In this document: piece by piece, positions 52,306-64,000 of the stretch
Numbering within the stretch: the first letter of the stretch is position 1
Layout of the letters: each line of letters opens with the position of its first letter
Source: Macrostomum lignano
Lineage: Eukaryota
Assembly: GCA_002269645.1 (NCBI GenBank)
Contig: NIVC01003746.1
Coordinates: forward strand, 1 to 64,000
Reading direction: 5' to 3'
DNA length: 64,000 nt
The notes under the pieces: generated by a model
The model's database searches: none
What the model was told of the DNA's origin: nothing
The model's input: the letters and a program-made list of their open reading frames with translations, nothing else
Made by a program: the position numbers and the translations under genes

Positions 52306-55300
52306 CTACTTGGTAACCTGGTGAATAGCGTGGGCCAGGTAAGCCACATTGTTGGACGAAATTCCGGCCACGCTGATCCGGCCATCCTTGGTCAGGTAGA
52401 TGCTGAACTCTTTAATAAGCCGTTCAACCTGCTCGGGCTTGAGTCCGGTGAAGCAGAACATGCCAATCTGGTCAATAATGTGCTGCCAGTTCTTCTTGCT
52501 ACCCTCTTTAGCCAGCAGCTCGGTGAGCTGGGTTCGCATCCCGATAATGCGATCGGCCATGCCCTTCACATCCGATAGCCAGGCCTGCCGCAGCTCAGGC
52601 TGGGTCAGCACCGCGGCAGCGATTCTGGCGCCGTGCACGGGCGGATTGGAGTACATTGGCCGGATCAGGATCTTCATCTGGCTCAGTACGCGGTCGCGTT
52701 CCTCTTGCGAGTCGCAGAAGATGCTGAAAGCGCCGACTCGTTCACCGTAGAGGCCCATGTTCTTGGCGAAGCTCTGGCACAGGGCAGCAGGCAGGCCCTC
52801 CGATAGGAAGTGCCTGACAGCCCAGGCGTCCGTGTCCACGCAGCCGGAGGCGAAGCCCTGTGTTGGGATGGGGATTCTGCCATGCTGAGTGGGGATTCTG
52901 GGCCATGCTGAGTGGAGGATTCTGTGCATTTTGGTTGAGATTCTGTGCATTTTGGTTGAGATTCTGTGCATTCTGGCTGGCGATCCTGTGCATTCTGGCT
53001 GGGGATTCTGTGCATTCTGGTTGGGGATTCTGTGCATTCTGGTTGGGGATTTTGTGCATTTTGGTTGAGATTCTGTGCATTCTGACTAAAGATTCTGTGC
53101 ATTCTGGCTGGCGATCCTGTGCATTCTGGCTGGTGATTCTGTGCATTCTGGCTGGGGATTCTGTGCATTCTGGTTGGGGATTCTGTGCATTCTGGTTGGG
53201 GATTTTGTGCATTCTGGTTGGGGATTCTGTGCATTCTGGCTGGTGATTCTGTGCATTCTGGCTGGGGATTCTGTGCATTCTGGTTGGGGATTCTGTGCAT
53301 TCTGGTTGGGGATTTTGTGCATTCTGGTTGGGGATTCTGTGCATTCTGACTGGGGATTCTGTGCATTCTGGTTGGGGATTCTGTGCATTCTGGTTGGGGA
53401 TTTTGTGCATTCTGGTTGGGGATTCTGTGCATTCTGGTTGAGGATTCTGTGCATTCTGACTGGGGATTCTGTGCATTCTGGTTGAGGATTCTGTGCATTC
53501 TGACTGGGGATTGTATGTTAGAGATTTTGTGCATTCTGGACTCTGTGAAATCTGATAGCGCACCTGATAGGCCATGTCAAAGAACGGATACAGCTTCCTT
53601 CTCTTGATGACGTCGCACAGTTCGCGCCACTGCTCCTGGCGCGGATCCACTCCAGTCGGGTTGTGCGCGCAGGCGTGCAGCAGGATGACATCGCCTTCGG
53701 GTATTTTGCTGACGTCGTCAAGGCAACCGGCGGCGTCGAAGCCGCACGTGGCCGGATCGTAATAGCGGTACTGCTTGACGGACATGCCGGCGTGGCCGAA
53801 CACGGGGTTGTGATTTCCCCAGGTGGGCTTGGGGAACCACACCGTCTTGCTGGGATAGAATTTGGCAAAGAAGGCGGCGCCAATGCGCAGGGCCCCGGTG
53901 CCGCTGATGGACTGGGCGCTGGCGTTGCGGCCCTCGCTTAGGATCGGGTTGGCGCTGCCGAGGGCCAGCTCCACCGCGGCCTTGGTGAACTCGGGCAGGC
54001 CAACGATGCCGGCGTATTCCTGCATTAGTTTGGCGTTGGAGGCCACTCGTAATGGGGCAATTCTCAAGGGGTGATTTCCAAAGAGCGACGGTCAATGCTA
54101 AAAATTGATAGTGAATTATCGGTAGGCTTTTCTCAGTGGGCGACTTTTCATGGATCATGCTTGGGCGCAACCTAAAGATTCATCCGGCCATTTCTATTGG
54201 CAACACACACACATTTAAGTCGCTATTGGATGGAAGTGTAGCCACGTGACTGTGTGTGTGTGTTGCCAATAGAAACGGCCGAATGATTCCCAAGGTTGCG
54301 CATGTATGTCATGGATGATTCTCGAGTGATTCTTAGTGAGTAATTCTTTCTTAATGATTCTCAGTGAGTAATTCTTCATTAATGATTATCGGTGAGTGAT
54401 TCTTCATTAATGGTTTTCGGTGAGTGATACTTAGTGAGTGATTCTTCAATAATGATTCTCGATGGGTGATTTTTAGTGTGTGATTCTTCATTAACGATTC
54501 TAGGTGGGTGATTTTTCAATAATTATTCTCAGTGATTGATTGTTCATTACTGATTCTCGATGAGTGATTTTTATTAATGATTCTCGATGAGTGATTCTTC
54601 ATTAATGATTCTCGATGAGTGATTCTTCATTAATGATTCTCGATGAGTGATTCTTCATTAATGATTCTCGATGAGTGATTCTCAGTGGATGATTCTTCAT
54701 CATTGATTCTCAATGAGTGATTATCAGTGGGTGATTCTTCATCATTGATTCTCAATGAGTGATTATCAGTGGGTGATTCTTCATGAATGATTCTTGAAGA
54801 GTGATTATCAGTGGGTGATTCTTCATTAATGATTTGACGAGTGATTTTTAGTGTGTGATTCTTCATTAATGATTCCCGATGAGTGATTCTCATCGTGTGA
54901 GATTCTTCATTAAAGATTCTCGATGAGTGATTCTCAGTGGTTGAATCTTTATGGTTAGTTCTAAAGTAGGCGATTCTCGATAAGCGACATTTTCAAGACT
55001 CGATTCTCAAAGATCAGTTCTAAATTTGAAGGACGATTTTGAACGCAGTCTGCGGCGTCAACAGAGGTTTGGCAGAGCAAAAATGCGGCTTATTCAAATG
55101 AGCGACTCATCAGCCCAATTCAGCAGCTAAAATGATCACAGCTGGTGCAGCTCCAGACCCACCACTAGGCAGGAGTTATTTACAGATTGCTACAAATTCG
55201 TGGGAAATTTTATAAGATAAAAAGCTGTCTGTTTCACCTTGTCCAGTTTCTGGGCCATCAGCTGCTCCTCAGCTTTGCGCACCGAAGGCAGCACAAATGG

Positions 55301-58300
55301 CTTGCCAGTGTCGTCTCTGTAGGCGCCAACGCCAAGGTTCATCTTCTTGGGATTCTTGTCCCGCTTGAACGCCTCGGTAACGCCCAGGATCGGGTCCGGT
55401 GGGCCCATCTCCACGCTGGCCCAGTGAGCCCTGGCGGCCAAAGTTTGAAGAAGCATAACTCATGATTTTTTCATTTGGAAGAGTGCCTTTCTCATTCACT
55501 TTAGTTTCTCATTAGAATTCCAAATTTATTTAAAAATAACATGATATTTATTTTATCTATAATAGCTATAATAGCAAGTCTACATAACTTTGGCTTGAAG
55601 TTATGCTAGCCTGTATGCTGGCCTGAATAACAAGTTCAAATTCATTGAGCATACTGGAATTTATAGTAGGCCTAAGATTTTCTAGACTTTGACATGCATA
55701 TTGATTAGTTGATTGATAATTAATCAATGAGTTATAAAAAAAATATATAGAAATCTATATGTCTTGTTGCCAGTGTCCATCACCAATATGTCTTATCAAA
55801 ATGACTGGTATTCCTAGTCTTTAACTATAGGGACTAGGGGCATTAAAAATCTATATTGATACATATAAGCTCATACAAGTCTTAAATTCTAGGGACTTAA
55901 GAGTTCCCTCCAATTTGAAACTGGCAGCATTCATTCATTTTTACTATCCTAACATATCAAATCAATAGCTCAATTGACCTTTTAAATCTCAGTTGAGTGG
56001 TATTAGTATTAATAGATATAGGAATTAGATAATAGGAATCAATGTGAGGGAAATATAAGAATCAATGTCAGGCAGACATTCAAAATGATTGTCTATAACT
56101 TTTAACAAAATTGACCTGCTTCAATCATCTTTTCAGCAAATATCTAAGCAATTGTTGGGCATTGAATAAGCTTTAATTTATTTACTTCAGTAAAAATCTT
56201 TTCGAGATACATTGATTCAAAAATTGCTTAGCAACACTCTGATTAGACATTGCTTTACCTTTGACTAAAATTGTTTCAATTGTAGTCAGCTTAAAATCTA
56301 GTTTAAAAAATGCTTTGATTAACTTTTTAATATCTGTATCAGCTTTAAAATGACATCTCAGCCACCACAAAAGACTACACTGATACCGAGATATTTGACA
56401 CTAAACATTGCTTTGTGCAAACTCATATTTGGAAATTTTTACTGATTTTTAATCAATATTTGTTCAGCTGCTGTGTCCTTGTTTTTCATCAGAATCTTGT
56501 CAAATTCTAGTCATGTCAATACACAATGTTAGCTTTAAAATGAAATGTCAGATTTTGCAGGCTTAGGAATATCCTTCCAAACCAAAACAGTAAGATATTC
56601 ATACCCTTATCATGACCTTTTTGGCCATGGTTACCTTGATAAACACTATTTCCTCTGAGGCAAACTTGAAAACAAACTTTGCCCTTTTTTAATTATAATT
56701 AAGATGCTCAGCAACATTGTCTACCATTGCCCTTTCTTTACCCTTCCTTTACGAAAGACTAGATATGCTACCTCAAGCTGAACCCATCTATTGATGAGGT
56801 TTGCCAACCCAACAACATCACTCAGTTCATCTAGGCAACAAGATGAGCCACTTTCCTCCCTATGGAAGACCACATTGCAAAATAGGCCATAGCTAGTGAA
56901 CCACCCTGACCACCTTGCTTTTGCCTATCTTTTAGGAGCTAAAGGAATAGGCAACATTTGCCTTCTGTTGTGTCTATAGACCACCTTGCAAAGTCCTACT
57001 GCTAAGTAAAAGTAATTAAGTCAAGTCAAGCAGGATCAAATGCTAAGATGTCAAGGCTTACTCTTTACTTTATAGTAGATATATGAGGTGTGTCAGCCTG
57101 TAACAAACTGCAAATTGATATTGCATCTAAAGTTGTGCTGTAGGACTTCAGTTTTAGAACTTTTTTGACACAACTTGTAGCTATGACTAGAATTTGATGA
57201 GATTCTGATGAAAAACAAGGATATAGCAGCGAAACAAATATTGATTAAAAACCGGTAAAATTTCCAAATGTGAGTTTGCACAAAGCAATGTTTAGTATTG
57301 AATGTCTCAACATCAGTGCAGTTTTTTGTAGTGGCTAAGGTTTCATTTTAAAGCTGACATTGCATATAGACATGAGTAAAATTTGATAAGATTCTGATAA
57401 AAAACAAGGATATAGTAGCTAGACAAATATTGATTAAAAATCAGTAAAATTTCTGAATGTAAGTTTGTGCAAGGCAATGTTTAGCATTGAATATCTTAGC
57501 ATCAAGGCAGTCTTTTGTAGTAGCTAAAAAAGCTAAGACATATAAAAAGTTAATCAAATAATTTTTTAACTATCTTTTAGGCTGCTATGATCAAAACAAT
57601 TTTTGAATCAATGCATCTCAAAAAGATTTTTACTTAAGTAAATAAATTAATGCTTACTTAATATCCAACAACTGCTTACATATTTGATGAAAAGATGGTT
57701 GAAGCAGGTAAATTTTGTTAAAAGTTATAGATGATCATTTTAAATATCTGTTTAAATATCTATTAAGAAACCTTCATATTGGAAATCAGTATATTATAGA
57801 TATACTCTTGACACAATTTAGGGTATCATGTCAAACTTTCACAAATGTACTACTGTATTCTAATTCTAAAAATGGTGTGAGGCCCTTATTGAAAAAAGAA
57901 CATATTGATTTATTGCAGCTTTACATTTTCAAAACAATTATCATCATTATAAGAAAACAAGCTACTTAAGCCCATAGATTTTAAACCTACTAAATTCTAA
58001 TCTTTGAAAGTAGTTTTGCCTTTACTTTATAAAAAACATATTAGCAATAATAATCATTATATTATTACATATTATAAATATTGGCAACTGTCAAGTTCCG
58101 TTCATTAAATTATTTTGATTCCGGAAAAGTAATTTACGAACTATTTCAAATACATATAAATACTTTTAAGAGACTTAAGCCTGATTAAGCACTAATTCTA
58201 TGCTTCAAAACTTGTTATAATGTATCTGACATCTGAAAGCTACAACAGTTTATGGCCAGAATGTTTGAACATTTTTTGACTTGAAAAAAGGTCTATGGTT

Positions 58301-60954
58301 AAGTCTAAACATCAATGATCTTTAACAAGTTGACAAATAACAAATAAATAAAAGTAAAGTCCTAAATTTAGCAAGGCTATGCTATGCACCATGCATAGGA
58401 CTTCATAAGCCCTATTTGAATATACTTAGAGGAATTATTATATCAACTGAACCCAGTGAAGCCATTTGGGCATATCATATTATGGATTTCCTATTACCAT
58501 AATGTATAAAGCTTTTGCTGTTTGTTGGCAGTTTGACTAGGGGGCCTATAAACAATAATATTTTTTTGTTTCTATTTCACTTGTTTGTTAATGTTTTGGC
58601 CATAGACTAGGCTATTGTAGCTTTTTGGTGTCAGATATATTATAACAAGTTTTGAAGCATGAAACTAATGCTTGTCTCTTAAAAAAAGCTATTTATACTT
58701 AAAATAGTTTGTACAGTACTTTTTTAGAGTCAAAAAATTAACAAATAGACCTAGAACTTGACAATTGCCTAAATATTATATATTGTATAAGCTTTCTAAT
58801 CTGTTTAAATGATAATAGGCCTAGCCAATTTACATATATTGTAATAGCTTTTTATTACACTTCATTGCCCAGGGTGACTGCGCTCCAGTAACTTTTTTCT
58901 TCCCTGACTAAACTAAATTTTCCCTGACACACTAAAAGTAATAGAAGAAGCTCAGTGATAGTTGTGCACAATAATTTTATTGCAACAAACTGTTGCGCAT
59001 TAAAAAGTCAGCAATGTTGAGATTAATTTAATTTGAATTGAAGTTGAAACAGCGCATGTATTGGCAATAATTTGTTTGAATTAATAATGAAAAATTAATG
59101 CACCGGAAACTGACCACAAAAAACGTAGTGTTTGATAAAAAATTGCATGAAAAATATCAAGTACTAACTTTTATTGTATGTGGCGCACAGTAAAACAAAG
59201 TTAAGAGATGTAGCACTGTAGTTAAAATTGAGTTCAATGAGGAATCGTACCTTCAAGTGCTACAATCTCTTTCTCTACCTTCTCCACTTCTTCCTTTTTC
59301 TGTTGTGCAGCACGACGCAGTGCATTTGACTTCACGAGTAGGCTCATGTTTGAATCCGTCTCACATTGGTACACGAGGCTATCCGCATCTTTGGTGAGAA
59401 CTGCAACATCAAGCAGGAGCTTCTTTTGCTTCGACTGGAGCTCCAGCACCGTTGCATCCTTCCTTTTCCTTGATTCCTCGTATTTCCGATGAGATGCTTC
59501 TGCTCGCTGCTGCTCCAACATGGCCCTGTACCTACTCCTGGCACTTCTCACACTCTTCAACATCTCCTCGGTAACTTTCGCGATGATTTCAGCGGCAGTC
59601 TTTCCCTTTTGCCACTCGTACACAAGTCGGAGAGAACGAATGCTCAATCCCTGAAGATTTGGTTCTAGGCACTCTTTGTTGACACTGAAGCCGCGCTCAA
59701 CAGCAGCATTCCCATGGAAGGTTGTCAGAACCATCTTCACAATGATCTGCAAATTATTGGTACTCGTTGAATCAGTGAAGAGGGAAGCAAAGAGGACATC
59801 AAGTCGGTCTGACTTATAGTCGAATTGAGACAGCTGAAATCGATGCTCACGAACTGTAACAGTTCGAAACTGGGTGAACTCGGACTTTGCAGCGTCAGCT
59901 TCCTGTGCAGTGATGCGTCCCTTAGTGTAGGCTTCCAGGACAAGCGCATCAAAATCCGCTTGAGCCGGTGATGAGGATGGTGGGTCACTATCCAATTCTG
60001 CCACCAGCACAGAAAAACAAAATATACACCTTTCTATTAATGGCCTGCTTAATATATTATCATAGTATGGACTATATATTTTACTGTCAGTGTGATTAGC
60101 ACAGCAATTATAGATTAGCAATATGTAGGCCTACAAGCCCATAAATTATTCATTTAAGAACAAGTATCTGCCAATTTCAAATAAATACCAGCTTTTAAAA
60201 ACAAAAATACATGGAACAAACAAAACAGATTTACTATTCGAGCTACTTAGTGCTATCGATTAGCCGCTTTCTTGTCTCACAATTTTTTTCTTCAATTTTC
60301 TAATTTACTTTCAAATTTTCCCTGACTTCCTAAGAATTTCCCTGACTTTCCCTGACTTTCCAGACCACATTTTTTTCCCTGACTTTCCCTGACTTTCCCT
60401 GACCGCGGTCACCCTGTTGCCAAATTGATTGTTGGCATTTTGACTATCATTGAATTGTCTATCATCAATTAGATTGTCCTGTTGCTGGATTGACTAGATA
60501 CCAAAATGTATGACCATGTCTTATAACCTAAGCCTATCCTATCTATATTCATATCCTTTGCCAAAAACCTCTATAGGCTATCTATAACTTCCCATGACCA
60601 TGTCTTTATCTATAGTGGAACTCTACAAAATTGTGAAATGTTACTAGGCCTATTTTTATTATGAATAATAAATTCAACACTTTAAATGGCAATGTGAGTA
60701 ATGGCATGGCAATGCTATAGAGATTTTTTGACTCTAGCAGTAAATATTAAAATTAAAAAATGCAATAGCTACAAATACAAATGGCCATGTCATCCGTTAG
60801 GCACAGGCCTAGCCAGCCCATTGAAGGCCTAAGATATTAGATAAGGGCCTAGGCCCCTAAGAGAAATGCAGACTCACTTTGTACGTGAAGCTAAAGGCAT
60901 GATTCTACATGCTTTCAGTAGAGAATAAACATTGGTTTGCACAAGCGAATTCAT
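52306..60954 (-). CDS. GOT2: Mitochondrial aspartate aminotransferase, 425 aa, 4 exons
   Basis: Exons (minus) 60954-60878 (transit peptide [26 protein letters not shown], phase-2 gtgagt donor), 55430-55238, 54019-53564, 52857-52306; 1278 nt in frame. Motifs: [51 protein letters not shown]-lysine [15 protein letters not shown]. Confidence 0.96.
52915..53540. repeat. 22-bp minisatellite filling GOT2 intron 3
   Basis: Unit ctgtgcattctggttggggatt. Confidence 0.94.
54156..54308. mobile_element. Palindromic MITE, copy 3 (GOT2 intron 2)
   Basis: Same family as 29119-29290; perfect TSD TCATGGAT (54148-54155 and 54309-54316). Confidence 0.92.
54317..54950. repeat. Degenerate ~28-bp AT-rich tandem repeat in GOT2 intron 2
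   Basis: gattcttcattaatgattctcgatgagt and variants. Confidence 0.8.
56072..57750. mobile_element. Old foldback-like element with long degenerate inverted arms
   Basis: Left arm ~56072-56530 is the inverse of right arm ~57180-57750 (e.g. cagacattcaaaatgattgtc vs gatgatcattttaaatatctg). A ~180-bp unit is duplicated within the right arm. Confidence 0.65.
58065..58790. mobile_element. Old MITE with ~200-bp inverted arms
   Basis: atgcttcaaaacttgttataatgtatctgaca (58200) is inverted at ~58632-58665; ttggcaactgtcaagttc is inverted at ~58754-58772. Confidence 0.65.
58870..60416 (-). mobile_element. 1547-bp hAT-like (possibly hAT5-type) non-autonomous element retaining the transposase C-terminal region
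   Basis: TIR CAGGGTGAC(T/C)GCG; 5-bp TSD TTGCC (58865-58869 and 60417-60421); subterminal TTCCCTGAC repeats at both ends. Stop-free ORF 60121-59234 contains [18 protein letters not shown], resembling the hAT C-terminal ER.FS motif. Confidence 0.82.
59234..59997 (-). pseudogene. Transposase C-terminal fragment (probable terminal exon after the acceptor at 59999-59998)
   Basis: Polypyrimidine tract ttttgtttttctgtgctggtggcag| followed by an open frame to the stop at 59234. No N-terminal catalytic part is visible inside the element. Confidence 0.65.
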
Positions 60955-61597
60955 TTTTGTTACAATTTTACTAACCGAAGTTAAACTTTCAGAGCGCTAT
61001 TTGGTAACTTACTGAACTGAATAACAATATAACAATGCAGTGAGTGCAATTCTTCTCCTCCTCCAGCGGCTAAAAAAGTGATTATTAGTTTTGATAGGAC
61101 ACAACGTCTGAAAAAAACAGAATTTTAACCATTATTAGGTAATATTTCACTTAGCATTTTCTGGATTAAACAGTATGCAAATATCAAGAATAATTTGTTT
61201 ATTCATGTCAATACAACTTTTAAAGTGTCTTCTTCTAAGAAATTTTAGTTGAAAGTTAGGACACTTGATCCCGCGAAGGCGCGAAGTCTAACTCATAGCT
61301 TGCCAGCTTGCCCTATTTTGGTTTTGACCACTTTGATCCGGTGTTGCTTTTCTAACTTTACCTGATAATGAACAGCCAGGTCTATCTACAATTAATCTGC
61401 ATTATTAGCTTATCCGTTTATTCTCTCTCTCGCCTCTTTCTAATAATTTTTTATGATTATAAAATTTTTTATTAAATTATTAATTTCTTGTTAAATTTAA
61501 GAAAAAACTTAAATTTAATAAAAAGTCTCAATCAAACCCATCGGCCTCAGTCAATTTGATACAACATCCAGTCTAACATTATCTTACCAACCATCAG

Positions 61598-62000
61598 GGT
61601 AATCTTTCCTTACCCGACCGTAAATTATTTTCTAAGTTTTTTCGATTTTTTTATATTTAAAATGTAAATATTTTTATGGGCTTACGGTAAAAGCTAAAAG
61701 TCAGCATGGGTAAAAGTCAGCATGGGTAGTAGTGCCGGACCCAGTAAATGAAATTTTCAAAATGATGCTCTCTTCCCCAATGGCGCCTCCAGATAAACTC
61801 CTGGAGGTAAGTGTCAAAGAGTGCGCAAGACGTGCCACGCATCTGTCTTAGATTTATTTTAAAAAATCTTAAATTAAAAACATTTTTTTCTTTTCTTAAA
61901 ATGTGCGCCCCACATATATACACAACTTCAGCCAAAAAAATTAAAAGAAACTGAAACAGGAAGCCGAAAATAATTTACGGTCGGGTAAGGAAAGATTACC
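61598..62000 (-). mobile_element. 403-bp Merlin (IS1016/IS1595-like) non-autonomous element
   Basis: Perfect 35-bp TIR GGTAATCTTTCCTTACCCGACCGTAAATTATTTTC; perfect 8-bp TSD ACCATCAG. Interior ORF 61935-61717 (GAHI...LRQMRGT...LFDTYLQEFIWRR) resembles the Merlin/IS1595 transposase C-terminus. Confidence 0.88.
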
Positions 62001-62552
62001 ACCATCAGTGCCCCCTATTAGGGAGCCAAATAAGAATAGAATAAAACTTCCTAGAATAGAATAAAGAATATACAAATTATTGACTAGGCCCTAGGGCCTA
62101 AGCTATGCTTTTTTATAAATACAACCTATATTAGCCTTCTATTCTACCCTAATAAAGGCTTAAAACTGAGTGTATAGACTATAAAATTAGTGATATTATT
62201 AAATAATTTTTAATAATTTAATACTTATTTATATGGGTCTACATCTTCTTTACTGAGCATGATAAAAAATTATGTATGAAGTTGTAATAGTTATAAATTT
62301 TTAGGCATATGACAGGTATGACTTGCAATGGTTAAAGGTCAAAGGATATATAATGTATTTTGTACTAGGCCAAGGGGTTCCTACTTGAATTAAAACAAAG
62401 AAGCACTTATTTCTATAATATGGTCCAGACAGCACATTGTATCATCTAATAATATTACATTTTTCATTCAACTCACATTAATAGTCCTTAATTATCTAGA
62501 TATAAATGAAGTATCTATTTTCCTTTTCCAAATACTCAACTTCATTAAAAAT

Positions 62553-62701
62553 CAAAGGTATAGCCAAGGGGGGAACACTAAGGACATGTCCCCCCCTAGA
62601 AGGGGATAATTTTTTTATTGCCTTTGCTTTTTGCTTCAATTGCTAATATTAGAGATGAATTTATATTCCCCCCCTTGACATGAATCCTGGCTATGTGCCT
62701 G
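62553..62701. mobile_element. Decayed short TIR element (CAGGC..TAGCCAGG type)
   Basis: tagccaagggggg ... ccccccttgacatgaatcctggctatgtgcctg form degenerate inverted ends. Confidence 0.4.
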
Positions 62702-62739
62702 CTAAAATAAGTGGAAGGCAATCATCCATTTCTGATATA

Positions 62740-63790
62740 AAGAAGGATTAACACTGAATAAGGCTGCCAAATGCCTATAAATGCATTATAGTGACTATGC
62801 TCCTAATATATCCATAGTAAGTGGATTGCCTACTTTGCTGCTAGGCAACATGACCTCAAAGATGATGTATGCAGTAAGGATCTATTGACTGTAGCAATAA
62901 AATAGAATATAGACTATGTATAGACCCTCTTAGACAAGGACCAATGGCTCACATTTGATAAAATGGAGGTATCCATAGGTATCTCTTGTGGCTCTTTGGA
63001 GAAGATTGTCTATGAGGATTTGCAGATAAAGAAGCTTTCCTATGGGTCCCAAGGCTGCTAATGGCTAAGTAGAAAGGAAGAAAGATGGCCTATGTAACTA
63101 TGTATATCAATATGTTAGAGAACATGGGTGACCATTTCTGGCAATGTATCATAACTTTTGATAAAACCCCTCTGTTATATTTCCTGCCTAAGACCAAGTG
63201 CCAATGGATGCAGTAGGTGGATCCTGATGAATCTTGACTAGTTCATGCCAAGTCAGGTCCCTCTCTATTAGCAAGTTTCAACTCACTGTATTTTGGGACT
63301 ATGAGGGAATCATCCATACTGACTTCTATTCTCCAAAGACAAGTATCACCTATTATAGCACTTTGCTAAAAGAAGTATATCAGAAACTGCCCGAAGTCAG
63401 ACTTGGAAAGATCCATGGTCATTCGCTCCTCCTTTAGGACAATGCACAAGTGCACATAACATGTTTGTCTATGGCCAAAATTCGACAACTGAAGTGGCAG
63501 CTACTCCCACACCTAGCCCCCAGCAACTACCACCTGTTTGTATAGCTCAAAGATCCCTTGCATGATATCCACTTCATAGTAGAGGAGATTTGGGCTACTA
63601 TGAAGAAAGTCAATTTTGTAGCTTCCACAAACCTGTTTTGAGGAGGGGATCAAGAAGCTGGAGTGACAATGGCAAAAGTGCATTGCATTAGATAGAGACT
63701 ATGTTGAGTTATGACATATGTAGTATGACTGTACCTTTCACTGTTTTATCATAATAGGCATTTGTGCAGAATACATTGCATGCCCTTTGT
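62740..63790 (+). pseudogene. Heavily decayed mariner transposase fossil
   Basis: Frameshifted motif remnants in the expected order: HDLKDD, WVPRLL, IITFDKT, TVFWDYEGII, LL*DNAQVH, LAPSNYHLF, GIKKLE*QWQKCIALDRDYVE. Confidence 0.85.
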
Positions 63791-64000
63791 ATATAAATGA
63801 TATAAAGGTATATCTTCAGTTTTTGCTCAAATTTTTAGGCTTTTTGAATAGGCCTCTATATATTTTTAGCATCTTTGACCAATTATTTTAGCTACTAATA
63901 TTTAGTATATAAAAATAGGTTAATCACTTAATATATTAATTCATGTTCTATAATAGTATATTGTTAAAATTATATAAACCAAATTAATTAGATATAAATA

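Noticed and set aside
47633-53534. Repeat ORFs (HQPVR, SDWLV, VGLAG, GHYRQ, QNAQNPQ etc.) and the ORF-track fusions of GOT2 with repeats
   Set aside because: They lie in introns bounded by clear GT-AG sites; the spliced models give complete WAP and GOT2 proteins.
55432-55456. ATG at 55456 as the main GOT2 start
   Set aside because: It gives almost no transit peptide; a phase-compatible upstream exon exists at 60954-60878.

Overview
Eukaryotic (animal) genomic DNA with GT-AG spliced genes, not a prokaryotic window. The GC-rich exons and minisatellite-filled introns suggest a free-living flatworm such as Macrostomum, but that is an inference. I reconstructed five genes by hand using splice sites and phase checks. 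(1) A 12-exon, ~797-aa type I membrane receptor (+, 4223-15969): signal peptide, F-type-lectin-like domain, three atypical Ig-like domains, TM helix, and a tail ending in an ITIM-like VVYAQV plus an ITSM-like TEYTEI. This Siglec/PD-1-like inhibitory architecture is the most interesting item here. (2) Cytoplasmic poly(A)-binding protein (-, 4 coding exons, 692 aa). (3) An intronless anion-type Cys-loop channel subunit with a divergent ligand site (+, 492 aa). (4) A 4-exon secreted WAP-domain precursor (+, 340 aa). (5) Mitochondrial aspartate aminotransferase GOT2 (-, 4 exons, 425 aa), including a transit-peptide exon missing from the ORF track. Around these genes are many DNA transposons whose ends and target-site duplications (TSDs) can be read directly: a CATRC...GTATG family with 8-bp TSDs (5 copies), a hAT-like element with a 5-bp TSD, a Merlin element, mariners and foldback elements. 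There are also about 20 tandem arrays, which generate most of the long spurious ORFs in the track. Array boundaries are approximate. All family assignments come from motif recognition, not database searches.
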